This document shows positions 26,021 through 39,928 of a stretch of DNA of 64,000 nucleotides, one piece after another. The notes beneath the pieces were generated by a model that made no database searches, had not been told where the DNA came from, and saw only the letters and a program-made list of their open reading frames with translations. The DNA is from Octopus sinensis (lineage: Eukaryota): contig NC_043002.1 in the NCBI RefSeq assembly GCF_006345805.1, positions 99,820,001 through 99,884,000 on the forward strand, given 5' to 3'. The position numbers and the translations under genes were made by a program. How positions within the stretch are numbered: position 1 is the first letter of the stretch; each line of letters begins with the position of its first letter.

Positions 26021-28359
26021 TTTCAGATTTTTTTCATCATTCTTTGCGATTCAAGCGTGGGCTAAGACTTCCAGAGGAAGTTCTGAGCCTTTGTAACTGA
26101 ATCGAATTTGCATTCGAATAGATTTCATTTCATTCTAATAAATTGGCTGATATGGAGAGAAAGAACAACGTGAGAAAATGGCACTTAACTATCCATACAT
26201 TACGTCTACATCAGCACGAGACACCTTATTTCTTCTACACTGTCCAGCTGTCAAAAACGTGTTGCACCAGTAATTGAATGGGTCCAGCTTTGTCTATTTA
26301 ACTTATCAACTAAACAGTTTTTGTCATGCGGTATCAAATAAAGGTGTTGAGAGGGCAAATACTTATTGAGTAATAATATATATGCGGGTGCGCATGTATT
26401 CATGGGTGTATGAATGCGTTTATTATACGTGTGCAGGTGAGGAAGATGACTTATGTGCACGCAGGTGAGTAACATTTTGTTTACGTACGATTTATGAATA
26501 GGATATTCAATTCCTGGAAACAATACCTTATTCTAAAGCATTGTATCGAACGATTGGAAGCTATTTTACACAATATAATTTATATTATCTGAAGGAGCTT
26601 CTAAATATCACTGAATATATTTACAAGCGTCTTCTTGTTAAAATCATTATCTTTTCAAGTATTCTTAATGTCACTAAGCTCCACAGGGCTACCAAATCTT
26701 TCACGAGTGGTGCTACTATATGACAATTCGACTTGTTGGAAATACCAGCAAAATCTGTTTCAAGTTATACCGTATAATTTTAGCAAAAAGAAGAAAGCAT
26801 TGGGTAACGAAGCCAAAGATAAACTATCGCAACGAAAGAATGTGATGGCCATGACTGGAACACTTTGGATTATACGTTTGTTCAGTCAGGATTAGGTGAT
26901 CTAGATTAATCAAGAATTACACTATGTACGAATTTAAAACAAATACCTTGTAATTTTATCCAAGAATTGTGTTATAATACAGTAATTTGTAGATAGGTAA
27001 ATCTTAATGAATACGGTCCCCGATGTTATAATTAGTTAATGACATCATTCTGCCAAGTAACATCTTTTAAAAGATGTTTAGTTTTGAAATTTTCACTATG
27101 TGGCAAATTTTCGCAGTTTGTTTTTAAATTAGATTCGGATTGGTTCTAGCATTGTAAGTGAAACGTGGTAGAAGAAAATTATGAGGAAGTTCATCATGTT
27201 GTCTTTACATGTAATTCAAACGGGCAACTTTGTCACACACAAATTATGGCAGACGATTACCTTAAAGGTACACGTGATTTGGAATACTAACACCTACACA
27301 CTAGTTCAGAGTTCATGTAGTAGAATTAATCTTACCCTGGAATACTCGTCATGGAAACCGTCGGAGATACAAAGTGATTTGTTTTACATTGTATTTAACA
27401 TTCTAAGCATTATACGCAATCGAACATGCACTCTATGATGACATAGCAAGCATTCAGCTATTTCCTTTCACTCCTGTATAGTAAATCTGTGAAAAACTAA
27501 ACACACACTCTGACTTCAACACTTCCTTAGCTGAATCCCCAAAAGATGTTACTTGTGTATTATATTAAAATCTTAAGTCATCATTTGTGCACCATTAGTA
27601 TGCACTTTATTTATATAATGCATATTTGAAACATCGTTTCAGTTCCCATAATGTATCAAGGAGTATATTGTCAGTTAGATCCCACCTTGATTCGGGACCA
27701 GTATCATTTTATAAATCATATATATAAGTCACATTATATATCACATATTACAAAGTTTTGATTAAACTACGTAGGTAAAGAGACATGACTAAATATCGTA
27801 AATTATTTTGTCTGTCATTATTCCACTTCCATCCACAATTTTTAGGTTCAAGAACCGTTTCTGAGAATGTCATGTAAGACGTCATCACAACCGAATTATA
27901 TCATAATTTAACAACATATGTGGAATTATATAAATGTCAAGCAGATGACAGAGAAAAAGTATCTTGACTATTCAATTAGACTTTATAAATCATGAAAATA
28001 ATCCTTTTTCTTTTTCATTTGGATCATTTTCACAATTCTCATACGCCTTTATATCACTACTCAATGGGAAAGCTTCGACATGGTAGCTCGAACTGTAAGA
28101 AATAACAATTAAATCTCCATCAAATCATATACATCTCCCTTTGTAATGTGATGTTAGTTCCTGGTATGTAAGGTAAGTAAAAGGATATCACGCCTAGAAA
28201 ACATTGGTCATGATCAAGTGCTTGTATCATAAAACTGATCAATTAGGGCTGACATAATTGCTAATCGACACCAACAAAATTAAAATAAAAGCCTGCATAA
28301 ACATACATACAGAGGGACAAGCATAAACACACGCATACAGGTGCACAAATATATGCAAA

Positions 28360-29220
28360 TACAGGATAGGGAAGAGGGTACGGACGTTTTTGAAAAATTC
28401 ACACAATTATTAATTTTAGGTGCAAACAAATTTTACTAACAACAATGTGTTCGTACTGAATTAGCATTTCTCAAAATCAAGTGTGAGAAACGACATCCAT
28501 TATGTGGGGTCTGTTTTTATTGATGCCTTTCTGAAGGCATTGTTGGAGGTTAGCCTCCACTCTCTCCAACATTGTTCTATGGATTTGGGTGACCTGCACG
28601 CGAATAGCTGCCTTCAGATCGTCCAGTGAACGGGGCTGCTGCGCATACGCACGTGCTTTGAGGCTTCTCCACAAGAAATAATCACAAATGGACAAATCAG
28701 GGGACCGAGGAGTCCAAGGAATGTTAGCAAATCTTGAACGAGGCGGTCACCGAAGAGAAAGCGAAAAACATCTATTGATGCTCTGGCTGTGTTTGACCGT
28801 TGCCGCATCCTGTTGAAACCACACACGTCGAACAGGCATACGTTTTCGTCGTAATTCAGGCACAAAGAATTTGTTTATCATCTCGATGAAACGCTCGGAG
28901 TTCACAGTAACAACATTTCCATTATTGTCTTTAAAAAAAATGTACGGACTAATGCTGCAGCTTTTCCAAGAGCTCACTTTTAGGCAGTGCAATGGTCTTT
29001 TGGGATTTTCAAGAGCCCAATTAATACAGTTCTGTTGATTCACCATGCCATTTAGACGAAAATGCGCTTCCTCACACATTAACAAAATGAGGTTGTCTTT
29101 TGCCTGAAAAACTCCATTCTGTCTCTATGATTCTTTCTCTTACTGAGTATCGCGTTCCTTTACTCATTGCCTGCCAATCCTAGTATGCGCATTCACCATC
29201 AGCCTGTACCGCTTTTAACA
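28360..29220 (-). mobile_element. Degenerate DD41D (rosa/VS-type) Tc1/mariner transposon
   Basis: EEAHFRLNG.VNQQN, WFQQDAAT, and PRSPDLSICDYFLW.SLK. After correcting frameshifts there are 41 residues between the second and third Asp. Confidence 0.8.
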
Positions 29221-29261
29221 ATTCTCAGTGTATTTTTCTTTTCCTCGCCCCCACTCACCTC

Positions 29262-29301
29262 TACTATGTAAGGTGAGACTGTACTATGTAAGGTGAGACT
29301 G
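29262..29301. repeat. Perfect 20-bp tandem duplication (TACTATGTAAGGTGAGACTG x2)
   Basis: Directly visible. Confidence 0.9.
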
Positions 29302-29789
29302 GAGATATAATGCATACAATTTACCTATCAATATTTATATCGGCTATTATTACATAGAAATTTAAAAAGCACTTCATTTCATAATTTGTTACAATATTCT
29401 GTATGGTGTAAGTTGACGAATTGGCCTAGTCGTTAGAACATCGGCATTCGTTCATGTTCTCAGAGCTTTGAGTTAGGATACTACCGTGGTAAATATTCGT
29501 GGTCGATTATGAAAGCAGCCTTCCTATACAAGGATTGATTATTCTTTCTCCTTTTTCATACCTCTCTCATTCTGAAAGAAATCGTCAACTGTCAGATCTT
29601 GTAACTTACAAAATTGAACAACGCAAGTCCTATGACTCTATCAAGAATGGAGGGTCTAAGGCAAGTTAGAGGAAGCTGTATAGTGTACATATACATATAC
29701 ACACACACACACACGCATACTTACATACATACATACATGTGTGTGCGTGCGCGTGTGCGTGCGTGCGTGTGCGTGCGGGCATGCGTGTG

Positions 29790-29809
29790 CGTGCGTGTAT
29801 GTATGTATG

Positions 29810-29849
<40 letters not shown>

Positions 29850-30186
29850 TGTATGTATATATATATGTATGTATATATGTATATATGTATATAATATATA
29901 TGTATGTATATATGTATATATGTATGTATATATGTATATATATATGTATGTATATATGTATATATGTATATTATATGTATGTATATATGTATGTATATAT
30001 GTATATATATGTATGTATATATTATGTATATATATATATGTATGTATATATTATATATATGTATGTATATATATATATATTATATATGTATGTATATATA
30101 TATATGTAATGTATATATATATATGTATGTGTAATATATATATATATGTATGTATATATATATATATTGTATGTTATATATATATG

Positions 30187-30229
<43 letters not shown>

Positions 30230-30608
30230 ATATATATATATGTATGTATGTATATATATATATATGTATGTATATATATATATATGTATGTATGTATATA
30301 TATATATATGTATGTATGTATATATATATATATATATGTATTGTATATATATATATGTATGTATGTATATATATATATGTATGTATGTATAATATATATA
30401 TATGTATGTATGTATGTATGTATATATATATGTATGTATGTATGTATATATATATATATATGTATGTATGTATGTATATATATATATATGTATGTATGTA
30501 TGTATATATATATATGTATGTATGTATGTATATATATATATATGTATGTATGTATGTATATATATATATATGTATGTATGTATGTATATATATATATATG
30601 TATGTATG

Positions 30609-30652
<44 letters not shown>
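29790..30652. repeat. ~860-bp (TA)n/(TATG)n array
   Basis: Directly visible. Confidence 0.97.
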
Positions 30653-30656
<4 letters not shown>

Positions 30657-30710
30657 GAGAGAGGAGTAATGGCGCAAAATAGTGTTTATGTACAATCACA
30701 GTGTAGGTTA

Positions 30711-31320
30711 GTTGAAATATGTTTGCCAAAGCAAATACACTGCAGTTAACCTGGAGAAAACAATCTCTCTTATGGTAAAAAAGGTGTGAAAACACTCGGT
30801 TCGTTCAGTGTCGCCGTCTATCGGGAATCTCAAACATCGATGTTTCGAGTTTATTCACTCTTGTCGATGAGATGCACCTAAGAGAGACAACTCTGAACGA
30901 GCTTGTAGCTTTATATATAATTCAGTCAACAAGTTGACTAACTTCCGCTAGCTGAACGCCCGATCGAAATAAATATTGAAGTGATGACGCAAAGCTGTGT
31001 TTACGTATAATCCCGATTTAGGTAAGTTGTAGTATATGTGTCACATATTTCAACTGTTAAAGGCAGATACACTGCAGTTACCATGGAGAAGAAACCCGAC
31101 AACATGTTAACTGATTTATATATAAAGTTACAAGCTTTATTTAGTTCGTTCAGAGTTGCCTCTCTTGGGTACATCTCATCGACAAGTGTCAATAAACTAG
31201 AAACATCGATGTCTGATATTCCAATAGATGGTAACAATGAACGAATTGGGTGTTTTCAGTTTTTTTACTACAAGAGAGCTTTTTTCCTCAATGTATTTGC
31301 CTTTAGCTGTTGAAATATGG
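30711..31320. mobile_element. Imperfect foldback / long inverted-repeat element
   Basis: Arms at ~30727-30931 and ~31105-31305 are reverse-complementary (e.g. AAACATCGATGTTTCGAGTTTATT / AATAAACTAGAAACATCGATGT; CTTGTCGATGAGATG / CATCTCATCGACAAG). Confidence 0.75.
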
Positions 31321-31732
31321 TGTGTGTGTGTGTGTATGTATGTATGTTTATGCGTGTATGTATGTATGTATGTATGTATGTGTATGCATGTATGTATGTA
31401 TGTGTGTGTATGTATGTGTATGTATGTATGTGTATCTATGTATGTGTGTGTATGTATGTGTATGTGTGCGTATGTATGTGTGTGTATGTATGTGTGTGCA
31501 TGTATGTGTGTGTATGTGTGTGTGTATGTATGTATGTATTTATGTATGCATGTCTGTATGTATGTATGTGTGTATGTGTATGTGCGTATGTGTGTATGTA
31601 TGTATGTGTGTGAATGTATGTGTGTATGTATGTGTGTGTATGTATGTAGGTGTATGTATGTATGTGTGTATGTGTGTGTGTATGCATGCATTTATGTATG
31701 TATGTATTTATGTATGTATGCATGTATGTATA
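31320..31732. repeat. (TGTA)/(TG) compound array
   Basis: Directly visible. Confidence 0.95.
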
Positions 31733-32640
31733 TTAGAGATCAGTTCGATGTGCATTAACTGTCAATATGGTTCATATAAAAGGAATACATCACACATTCA
31801 TTTCATATAAATCCTTATCCTCCTCCAAGCATTTGTTGCTTCTGAAATGGAAGAGCGTTATTTACTCATTTGCTCTTCTAATGCAAAAGAAGCATATTAG
31901 GAATTTACTTCTTTTATTCTTTGTTTATTTATAAGCAAAGCTTGGCTTATTTCGACGTATATCCTAAGATTATTTCAACTTCATTGTAAATGGGTTTTCG
32001 TGTGTCTTGTAGAAAACATAATGTATTTATTTCTGTGTGTTTCATCGCCATCCGTTTAATGGAATTCCTCAAGTAAATCATATGTCATTTACATAATATG
32101 AGCATATTATCACAGGGATGATATTATATACGTTTGTGTAAGCATTCTGTATCTTACATGAACAGTAACCAAAGTCCCACCGCAGTGAGTTTTATATTTA
32201 CAACTATGGGATGTAAACTGTTTGTTAAAAAATAACTATCATACGATATTCTCTGTATACGCATATACATATATATATGTGTGTGTGTGTGTAAAATAAT
32301 TGAGATTTAGTTGAATTAGTTACCAAGGTAGTGCGGTAAATTCCGCACAGCAAAAAATTAGGTGAATAGAAAGCAAATACGTTACAAGGATGCCCAGGTA
32401 TCGGTGCATTACGGCCGTTTCAAGTGGCTCAATTTAATCGAAAGCGCTCTCCTCGGACGCAGCCAACCATATAGATTTCCAACATAAATACTAAACTATT
32501 TTTTAGCGCAAATTACATCGGTGCTAGCAACCAAAATAATTTGTTTTTCCTTGTTATTTGTATAACTCATGTATAATTTGTAAAATATGATATTTATATT
32601 TATGTTTATAATCATACATGTTTCATAAATGTTATAAATT

Positions 32641-32672
<32 letters not shown>

Positions 32673-34107
32673 ATATATATATTGTGGGATTTATTATGTA
32701 TTATATATATAATATTATACCTGTGATATTTTATACCTTCAAGTTTGTTTTATATATCTTACCCGAGATGGGATTATTTAACTTATTGCCTAGACCCTAA
32801 ATTCTGGTCATGGTTTAAAATAACCTATATACTCCTACTCAGAGGTCATTTAATTGTAAATGCATGCTTGAAAGGTTTTAACATGAACACCTTAGTATTA
32901 TACATAGGAAATGCCTTATGAAATTTCTCTTATATATTATAGTACCCAATTTTTAGGGTTTCAGTTTATTTATTTATCGTTTTTTTCTGTATATGAATCT
33001 AAAATCATTTTCTAGTAGCTGAGATATACTTCTTTACCCTCAGTTTTAACTACTACCCTTAAGTATTTGGGCCTCGTTTTGTTTTCGACTTTATGCCTCT
33101 TTTATTTGATAACCTAAATATATTTGACTACCCCTTCCTTCTTAGTTATCACCCACGTCCCCTTCTGTCATTCTCTTACTAGCAGGTCTCTAATATGCCT
33201 CTTTATGTAGATCAAGGTAGACTTTTGGTCTCAATAAAATAAAGCCCGTAGAGAATATCTGACATTAGCAGTAACTTAACTGTCAGCTCCTAAAGGGCTT
33301 AATTCTTAAGAGTTGGAGACAGTATGTTGCAAATAATCTTAGAAATAATGAAAAATGTAAATTTAACTATCTCCCTTTTCCTCATTCTTGGCTCCCACTA
33401 TTCCACTATGCCAATTTAAATCATAGTAGGCTGTAGATGTGCAGTATTTACTAAATTCATTCTGCCACAGAATTAGCAAGGCAAAACAATGTTATTATTT
33501 TTGTTGCTAGTGCCTATGTAAGTTGCGCTGAAAAAATGGTTTATTCTTTAATTTGGAAATCTGTATGGTTGGATGCATCAGAGGAGAGCGGTTTATTTCA
33601 AATTCATTTAATGTTTTTATTGATCGACTAAATGGACTGATAACTAGACATGGGTGTTACTTATTTGCTTTATATATATATATATAATATAGGATAACAT
33701 TTTCGAATAAATTTTATCAATGGCCAGCATATTAAAAAAACACCTTTCAAGGTTAAATTTATAAACAACTTATAAACAAGGGCAACAGAAAAAAAAATCA
33801 ATGCCGAAATAGACTTAATCGTCAATAACCATATAATGTATCACTATAAGCAAGTGTCTCGAAAGCAAGCCGATAGAAATTTCGAATTCTGTGGAATTTC
33901 TATTTTCAATATATTTGGGGTACTTAAGTGTGCTCATGACATAGTGTTTACTTCTTCCATGGATAAGAGTAAGTATTTATTTTCTTATCATATTTATCGC
34001 TGATTCTAAATGAATTAACTCAGAAATTGGGACCGATCCGATAATAACGAAATTTTTTTAGAAATTTCTACCGGCTGTCTTTCGGGGCATGTGCGTATAG
34101 TGATAAA

Positions 34108-34143
<36 letters not shown>

Positions 34144-34144
<1 letters not shown>

Positions 34145-35419
34145 GAGGGGCGTTCAATAAGTAATGCCCCTGACTCACTTCCCATAGCGGTAGAGCAACG
34201 AAACTTTGCACAGTTATTAGTCTTTCTCTACATAGTTACGCATTTCTCCCATCGTTTGATACAGCTCTGGAGACCGTTTTTTTTAGAAGACCCAGCTTGG
34301 TCCTCCAACCACGACGTGACTTCAGAAATCAAGGCTGCATAATCTGGGAAACGATTTCCTTTCAAAAACAACTTCATGGTTGGGAAGAGGTGAAAATCAG
34401 AGGGTGCAAGGTGAGGAGAGTAGGGGGGGGGAGGTGTTCAATGCCGCACGCATGTACTTCTGATCTAGCGACAAGCGAGTTGTGAACCGGAGCGTTGTCC
34501 TGCAGGAGGAGGATGTCTTTGATGATCTTGCCCCGCCTCTTGATTTTGATAGTTTCTCTTAATTTCCTCAAAAGTGAAGCATAATACGCTCCTGTAATTG
34601 TGGTACCCTTTGCCAGGAAATCTGTTATCAATACTCCGTCCTGGTCCCAGAAGACTGTGAGCATGACCTTGCCAGCGGAGGGTTGCACCCTTGCCTTCTT
34701 TGGAGGAGGTGAGTCACGGTGCTTCCACTGCATTGACTGAGCTTTGGTCTCTGGATCATAGAGATGGACCCAGGTTTCATCCTGTGTAATCAGTATTTTG
34801 AAAAAATTTGACTCATCTTCTTGGCACATCTCCAAATTCATCATCGAGCACTCGACGCGTTCTTGCTTCTGGAAAGGTGTGAGCAACCTGGGAATCCATC
34901 TGGCAGACACCTTTTGCATGTGCAAATGGTCATGAATGATAGTTTCTACAGACCCGGTACTAATCTTGACCTCGTGGGCTATTTGGCGAAAAGTTATTCG
35001 TCGATCTTCCAAAATGGCAGCCTCAACTTGACGGACAGATGCCTCATCAATTGCAGAAGTGGGGCGACCAGATCTGGGAGCTGTTTCCACGGAGTTCCGA
35101 CCATGTTTGAATTCATGATGCCAGCATTTTACAAGGTCATATGATGGGGTATCATTACCCTAAGTTACTTTCATTTCATCAAAAGTCTCCCGTGGTGTGC
35201 GTCCTTTCAAATACAAAAACCAGATCACTACTCGACACTCAACAGGCTCCATTTCACACTTGACTCAGTTAAAACACCTGTAAATCAGAAATCCCAATTA
35301 GTTCAGAGCTGCAATTCGCCACCTACTCTATAGAGATACAAATAATTGCACACACAAAATTTCAGCTAGATCAAACAACTGCAAGTGGGTCAGGAGCATT
35401 ACTTATTGAACTCCCCTCG
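34144..35419 (-). mobile_element. Full-length mariner (DD34D) transposon, 1276 bp
   Basis: About 31-bp TIRs CGAGGGG(C/A)GTTCAATAAGTAATGC(C/T)CCTGAC with 2 mismatches; TA TSD at 34142-34143 and 35420-35421; transposase inside. Confidence 0.95.
34217..35252 (-). pseudogene. Disrupted mariner transposase
   Basis: ATG 35252 (MEPVECRVVIWFLYLKG). In-frame TAG at codon 31 (35162-35160). WIPRLL, ITQDETW, LLQDNAPVH. Frameshift in the G9 run at 34423-34431 before YSPHLAPSDFHLF. Short deletion near the C-terminus. Confidence 0.92.
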
Positions 35420-35625
35420 TATATATTGATAATAACAAAGGGTGAAATTAATTAAGTAGTAATCAATAATTTCACCAAGTAGAATTCGGCATGAAAAAGG
35501 ACCATTTCTCGGTAAATTTAAGTAATATTAAACCTAAGTAATATTTTATAATTAGGGCTCAGCAAAGATTTGCTTTACCACATACCGAAGTTTAGAATTA
35601 GCAGCCAAAGAACCTCAGCTATTTA

Positions 35626-35848
35626 CTCTACTTTAAAACGAGACTCCCGGACAAAAACAAAGTACTCGAAAACAACCCACGCAGACAGAAAAAGTAAAGT
35701 ATAAATTCTACATTCTGTACCGATCTAATTCCGAAACGTGTCCATGGGTAATCAAATACCGATTGATTTTCGTAATTTTTCCTCTCTGTCTGCGTGGAAT
35801 GTTTTCGAGTACTTTGTTTTTGTCCGGGAGTCTCTTTTTAAAGTAGAG
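35626..35848. repeat. Inverted repeat with ~63-bp arms (35626-35688 / 35786-35848)
   Basis: CTCTACTTTAAAA.GAGACTCCCGGACAAAAACAAAGTACTCGAAAACA..CCACGCAGACAG and its reverse complement. Confidence 0.85.
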
Positions 35849-36028
35849 GAAATTATAATATATATACACACACGTTTTTATTATTCATTTGCAATTTACT
35901 TAATCATCGGTATTTTATTGTTATTTTAATATTTCTATTATATGTAATTTTCTAGATGGTGTAATTTAATTGTTCATTTTGAATTCACAAAAGCTGTTTT
36001 TTGTAATTTATATATATATATATACATA

Positions 36029-36084
<56 letters not shown>

Positions 36085-36582
36085 GCACACATGCAAATAT
36101 ATATGTGCGTGTGTGGTGTGCGTGTGTGGTGTGCGTCTGGGTGTGTAGTGTTTATTTTTAAATATAAACTTATTATTCATCCTTTTGGTCAAACACTTGC
36201 TGTTCGCCAGGCTGTGCACGGCTCATTTTCTATGAATTTAAATTTCTTCTCTGCTAAATATAAGGAAACCCAACCGCCAATAATGCCTATAAATGCAGAA
36301 ACATGTGTATACAGCTGTCCTCTCGTCTTGTTTCGTAATAGCATATCAATTCTGGAGGAATTTTTCATTTTTGAGATTAGCTTCGCTTATCATTTTATGT
36401 TGGCATTAACTCTTACCACGTCTCCACTTTCTAGAAACAAAGAGATTTTAAAAAATCAAGAATATACCTTCTGTGTTATTTAATCTTTATTCATTATTTT
36501 ATCTTCGAATACACGGCACTGGTCATTTTGATTTATTTCTCATTGCTCATTCTTATTTCAGTTACAATGATACGTATGAATA

Positions 36583-37030
36583 TCTAGGAAGCTTGCCTCC
36601 CCATCACATGGTTCTGAGTTCAATCCCACTGCGTGGCACATTGCTCTTCTGTTATAGTCTCCGGTCAACCAAGGCTTTCTGAGTGGATTTGGTAGACGAA
36701 AACTGACAGAAGCCCGTTTTGTGTGTGTGTGTGTGTGTGTGTGTTTGTGTGTGTGTGTTTTTGTCTGTGTGTGTGTGTTTGTGTGAGTGTATGTATGTGT
36801 ATTTGTCTCTTTATGTGTGTGTTTAGCCCCATCACCACTACCATCAGCACAACTTTACACCACACCGGTTGGTTTACGTCCCTGTAACTAAGCTTTTCAG
36901 GCAAAAAGGGAATCCGTTAGAATAAATACCTCGCTAAAAAAATAGTCCTGAGGTCGATTTCTCTGACTAAAACTCTTCAACGCGGCGTCCCAGCATCACC
37001 ACAGTCAAATGACTGAAAAAAGTTAAAAGA
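36583..37030 (+). mobile_element. SINE family A, diverged
   Basis: Colinear with the other family A copies; internal (TG)n tract. Confidence 0.85.
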
Positions 37031-37614
37031 TAACAAATAAAAGATGTATGCATGGAAACATACTTATATGTACGCATGTATAAATGTGCGTATTTGCACG
37101 TAAAACAGAAACTAGTATCGTTTGCGACCAACAATATTTTAAGTGGTGTTTCGCTGACCATATTGATATCGGCGATACACCTGCACAGTATTTTATCGAC
37201 CCCGGATCGGACAAAAAGCAAATACAATGAACAAATACCGGATGTCACTCCACTGATAGAGAAATGGACATTATGTAATTCTAATTAATATTTTGCCAAA
37301 TGTACATCAATAACTATAAATATATTAACAATAGTTAATACACACATATACGTATATGCATATATATGAATTAGCGTATGAAAATATGTATGTAAGTTTA
37401 TATGTATCCATATAAATTCCTTGTGATTGGCGAGCCCGTAGTCGCTGTTCTGTCTATTCTACTAATTATGTCATTATTTCTATGCCAAAACGTCTACCGA
37501 TATTTCAACTTCAGACCAGAGAATTGCAGAATAGAAATCTCGGAAATTAAACAGCAAAATATTACATTGCCATTAGAAAGTAGATTAAGTGTGTGACCAC
37601 TGAATTTCATACTA

Positions 37615-38327
37615 TGTATGTACATACATACATATACATACATACATACATACATAGACGGGTGGGTGTAAGTGTATACATATATATATATATGTATGTA
37701 TATATATATACATCTTTATATATATATTCTGTATATATATATATATATTATATATAAATATATCTGTATATATATATATATGTATATATTATGTATATAT
37801 CTGTATATATCTTATATTATATATTTATATTATATATATATATATGAATATATTTTATATATATATGAATATATTTTAATATATATGATATATTTTATAT
37901 ATATATGAATATATTATATATATATGAATATATTTCATATATATAAATATATATATGTATATATATATATATAAATATATATATACATATTTATATATAT
38001 ACATATTTATATATATATATATATGTGTAATATATGTATGTATATGTATATATACATCTTTAATATATATATATATATGTATATATATATCTGTGTATAT
38101 GCAAAATGTATATATATCATATATACATATATACATATATACATATATACACATCCTTATATATATGTATATATATATCTGTGTATATGTTAAATATGTA
38201 TGTATATGTATATATATATATACACACTATAATATATATATATATATATATCTGCGTATAGTATATATGTATGTATATATATATAGACATATATATATTA
38301 TCTTATATATATATATATATATATGTA

Positions 38328-38370
<43 letters not shown>

Positions 38371-38600
38371 CTGTATATATATATATATCTGTATATTATA
38401 TATCTGTGTATATGTATATATATATATATATCTGTGTATATGTATATATATATATATATATCTGTTATATATAATATATATCTGTGTATATATATATATC
38501 TGTATATATATATATCTGTGTATATGTATTATATATATTATGTATGTATATGTATGTATATATGTATATATATATGTATGTATATATGTTTATATACTTA
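37615..38600. repeat. ~1-kb degenerate (TA)n array
   Basis: Directly visible. Confidence 0.95.
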
Positions 38601-39200
38601 CATAGAAGTATATATAACATTTATCATATGTACCTATATAGTAATGTTATCGTTGTTACTTCCCTCTTCGTCATCATTATCATTATCAATATCATCACTG
38701 TCATCTTCATTATTCTTCCTCTTATTATTATTCAAACTAATTTATAAAAGTTATAGTTGTATATATACATATATATCATAATTGGACTTTTGAATCTCAT
38801 TTGCCGGCCAATTGCCTTACATAATGGCGGTAATGTGCATCGTAGATTACTAAGCAATATCTAAGTTAGACATTATGATAAATCAGATGCGATTAATATT
38901 ATCTTCAAATTTGTAACCTACGCTGATACCTAACGGAAAGTCAAATCCCGATTTGTAGTGTCTGCAATATTATTATTTGGAGTAAGTATATTGTTTATGC
39001 TTATTTAGTGGTCTGTTATTCCGGAGCCTCCACGGTGTGCAGCCATATATTCGGACAATTCAAATTGGGCTCACTTATTTGAAGAAGCGGCATCACGTTG
39101 TCTAAACTTCAACGTAAAAGGACTTTGGAACGATCTTCGTAATTATTCTGTCCATTTATCTATGTATTTTTTATGTAATTACTATTTTCCTACTTCCATC

Positions 39201-39247
<47 letters not shown>

Positions 39248-39250
39248 ATA

Positions 39251-39323
<73 letters not shown>

Positions 39324-39742
39324 GTGGCTGTTTGGTAAGTAGCTTGCTAACCAACCACATGGTTCCGGGTTCAGTCCTACTGCGTGGCATCTTAGGCAAG
39401 TGTCTTCTGCTATAGCCCAGGGCCGACCAATGCCTTGTGAGTGGATTTGGTAGACGGAAACTGAAGAAGACCTGTCGTATATAGTATATATATATAAGTG
39501 TGTGTGAATATGTTGTGTGTCTGTGTTTGTTCCCCTAGCATTGCTTGACAACCGATGCTGGTGTGTTTCCGTCCCCGTCACTTAGCGGTTCGGCAAAAGA
39601 GACCGATAGAATAAGTACTGGGCTTACAAAGAATAAGTCCCGGGGGCGATTTGCTCGACTAAACGCGGTGCTCAGCATGGCCGCAGTCAAAAAACTGAAA
39701 CAAGTAAAAAAGAGTTAAAAAGAGTAAAAAGAGAAAAAGAGT
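39324..39742 (+). mobile_element. SINE family A, near full-length
   Basis: Head, internal tract, 3' CGGTGCTCAGCATGGCCGCAGTC...CTGAAACAAG and (AAAAGAG)-type tail. Confidence 0.93.
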
Positions 39743-39754
39743 ATATATACCAAT

Positions 39755-39786
<32 letters not shown>

Positions 39787-39877
39787 TTATTTATATATCT
39801 ACCTATCTATTTATCCATTTGTCTAGTTAGCTATCTACCAGTTATCTCCTCTCTCTCTCTCTCCCTGTATATATATA

Positions 39878-39922
<45 letters not shown>

Positions 39923-39928
39923 ATATAT

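Noticed and set aside
26600-26900. Non-repetitive 86-aa ORF and other short ORFs in unique AT-rich DNA (16175, 27181, 46041, 57354)
   Set aside because: No recognisable motifs, splice signals or coding-like composition.
29614-30795. 351-aa and 257-aa ORFs
   Set aside because: Microsatellite-derived low-complexity frames.
35715-35745. CCGAAACGTGTC, resembling a hammerhead 3' half, in the inverted-repeat spacer
   Set aside because: No CTGANGA core or stem II upstream.
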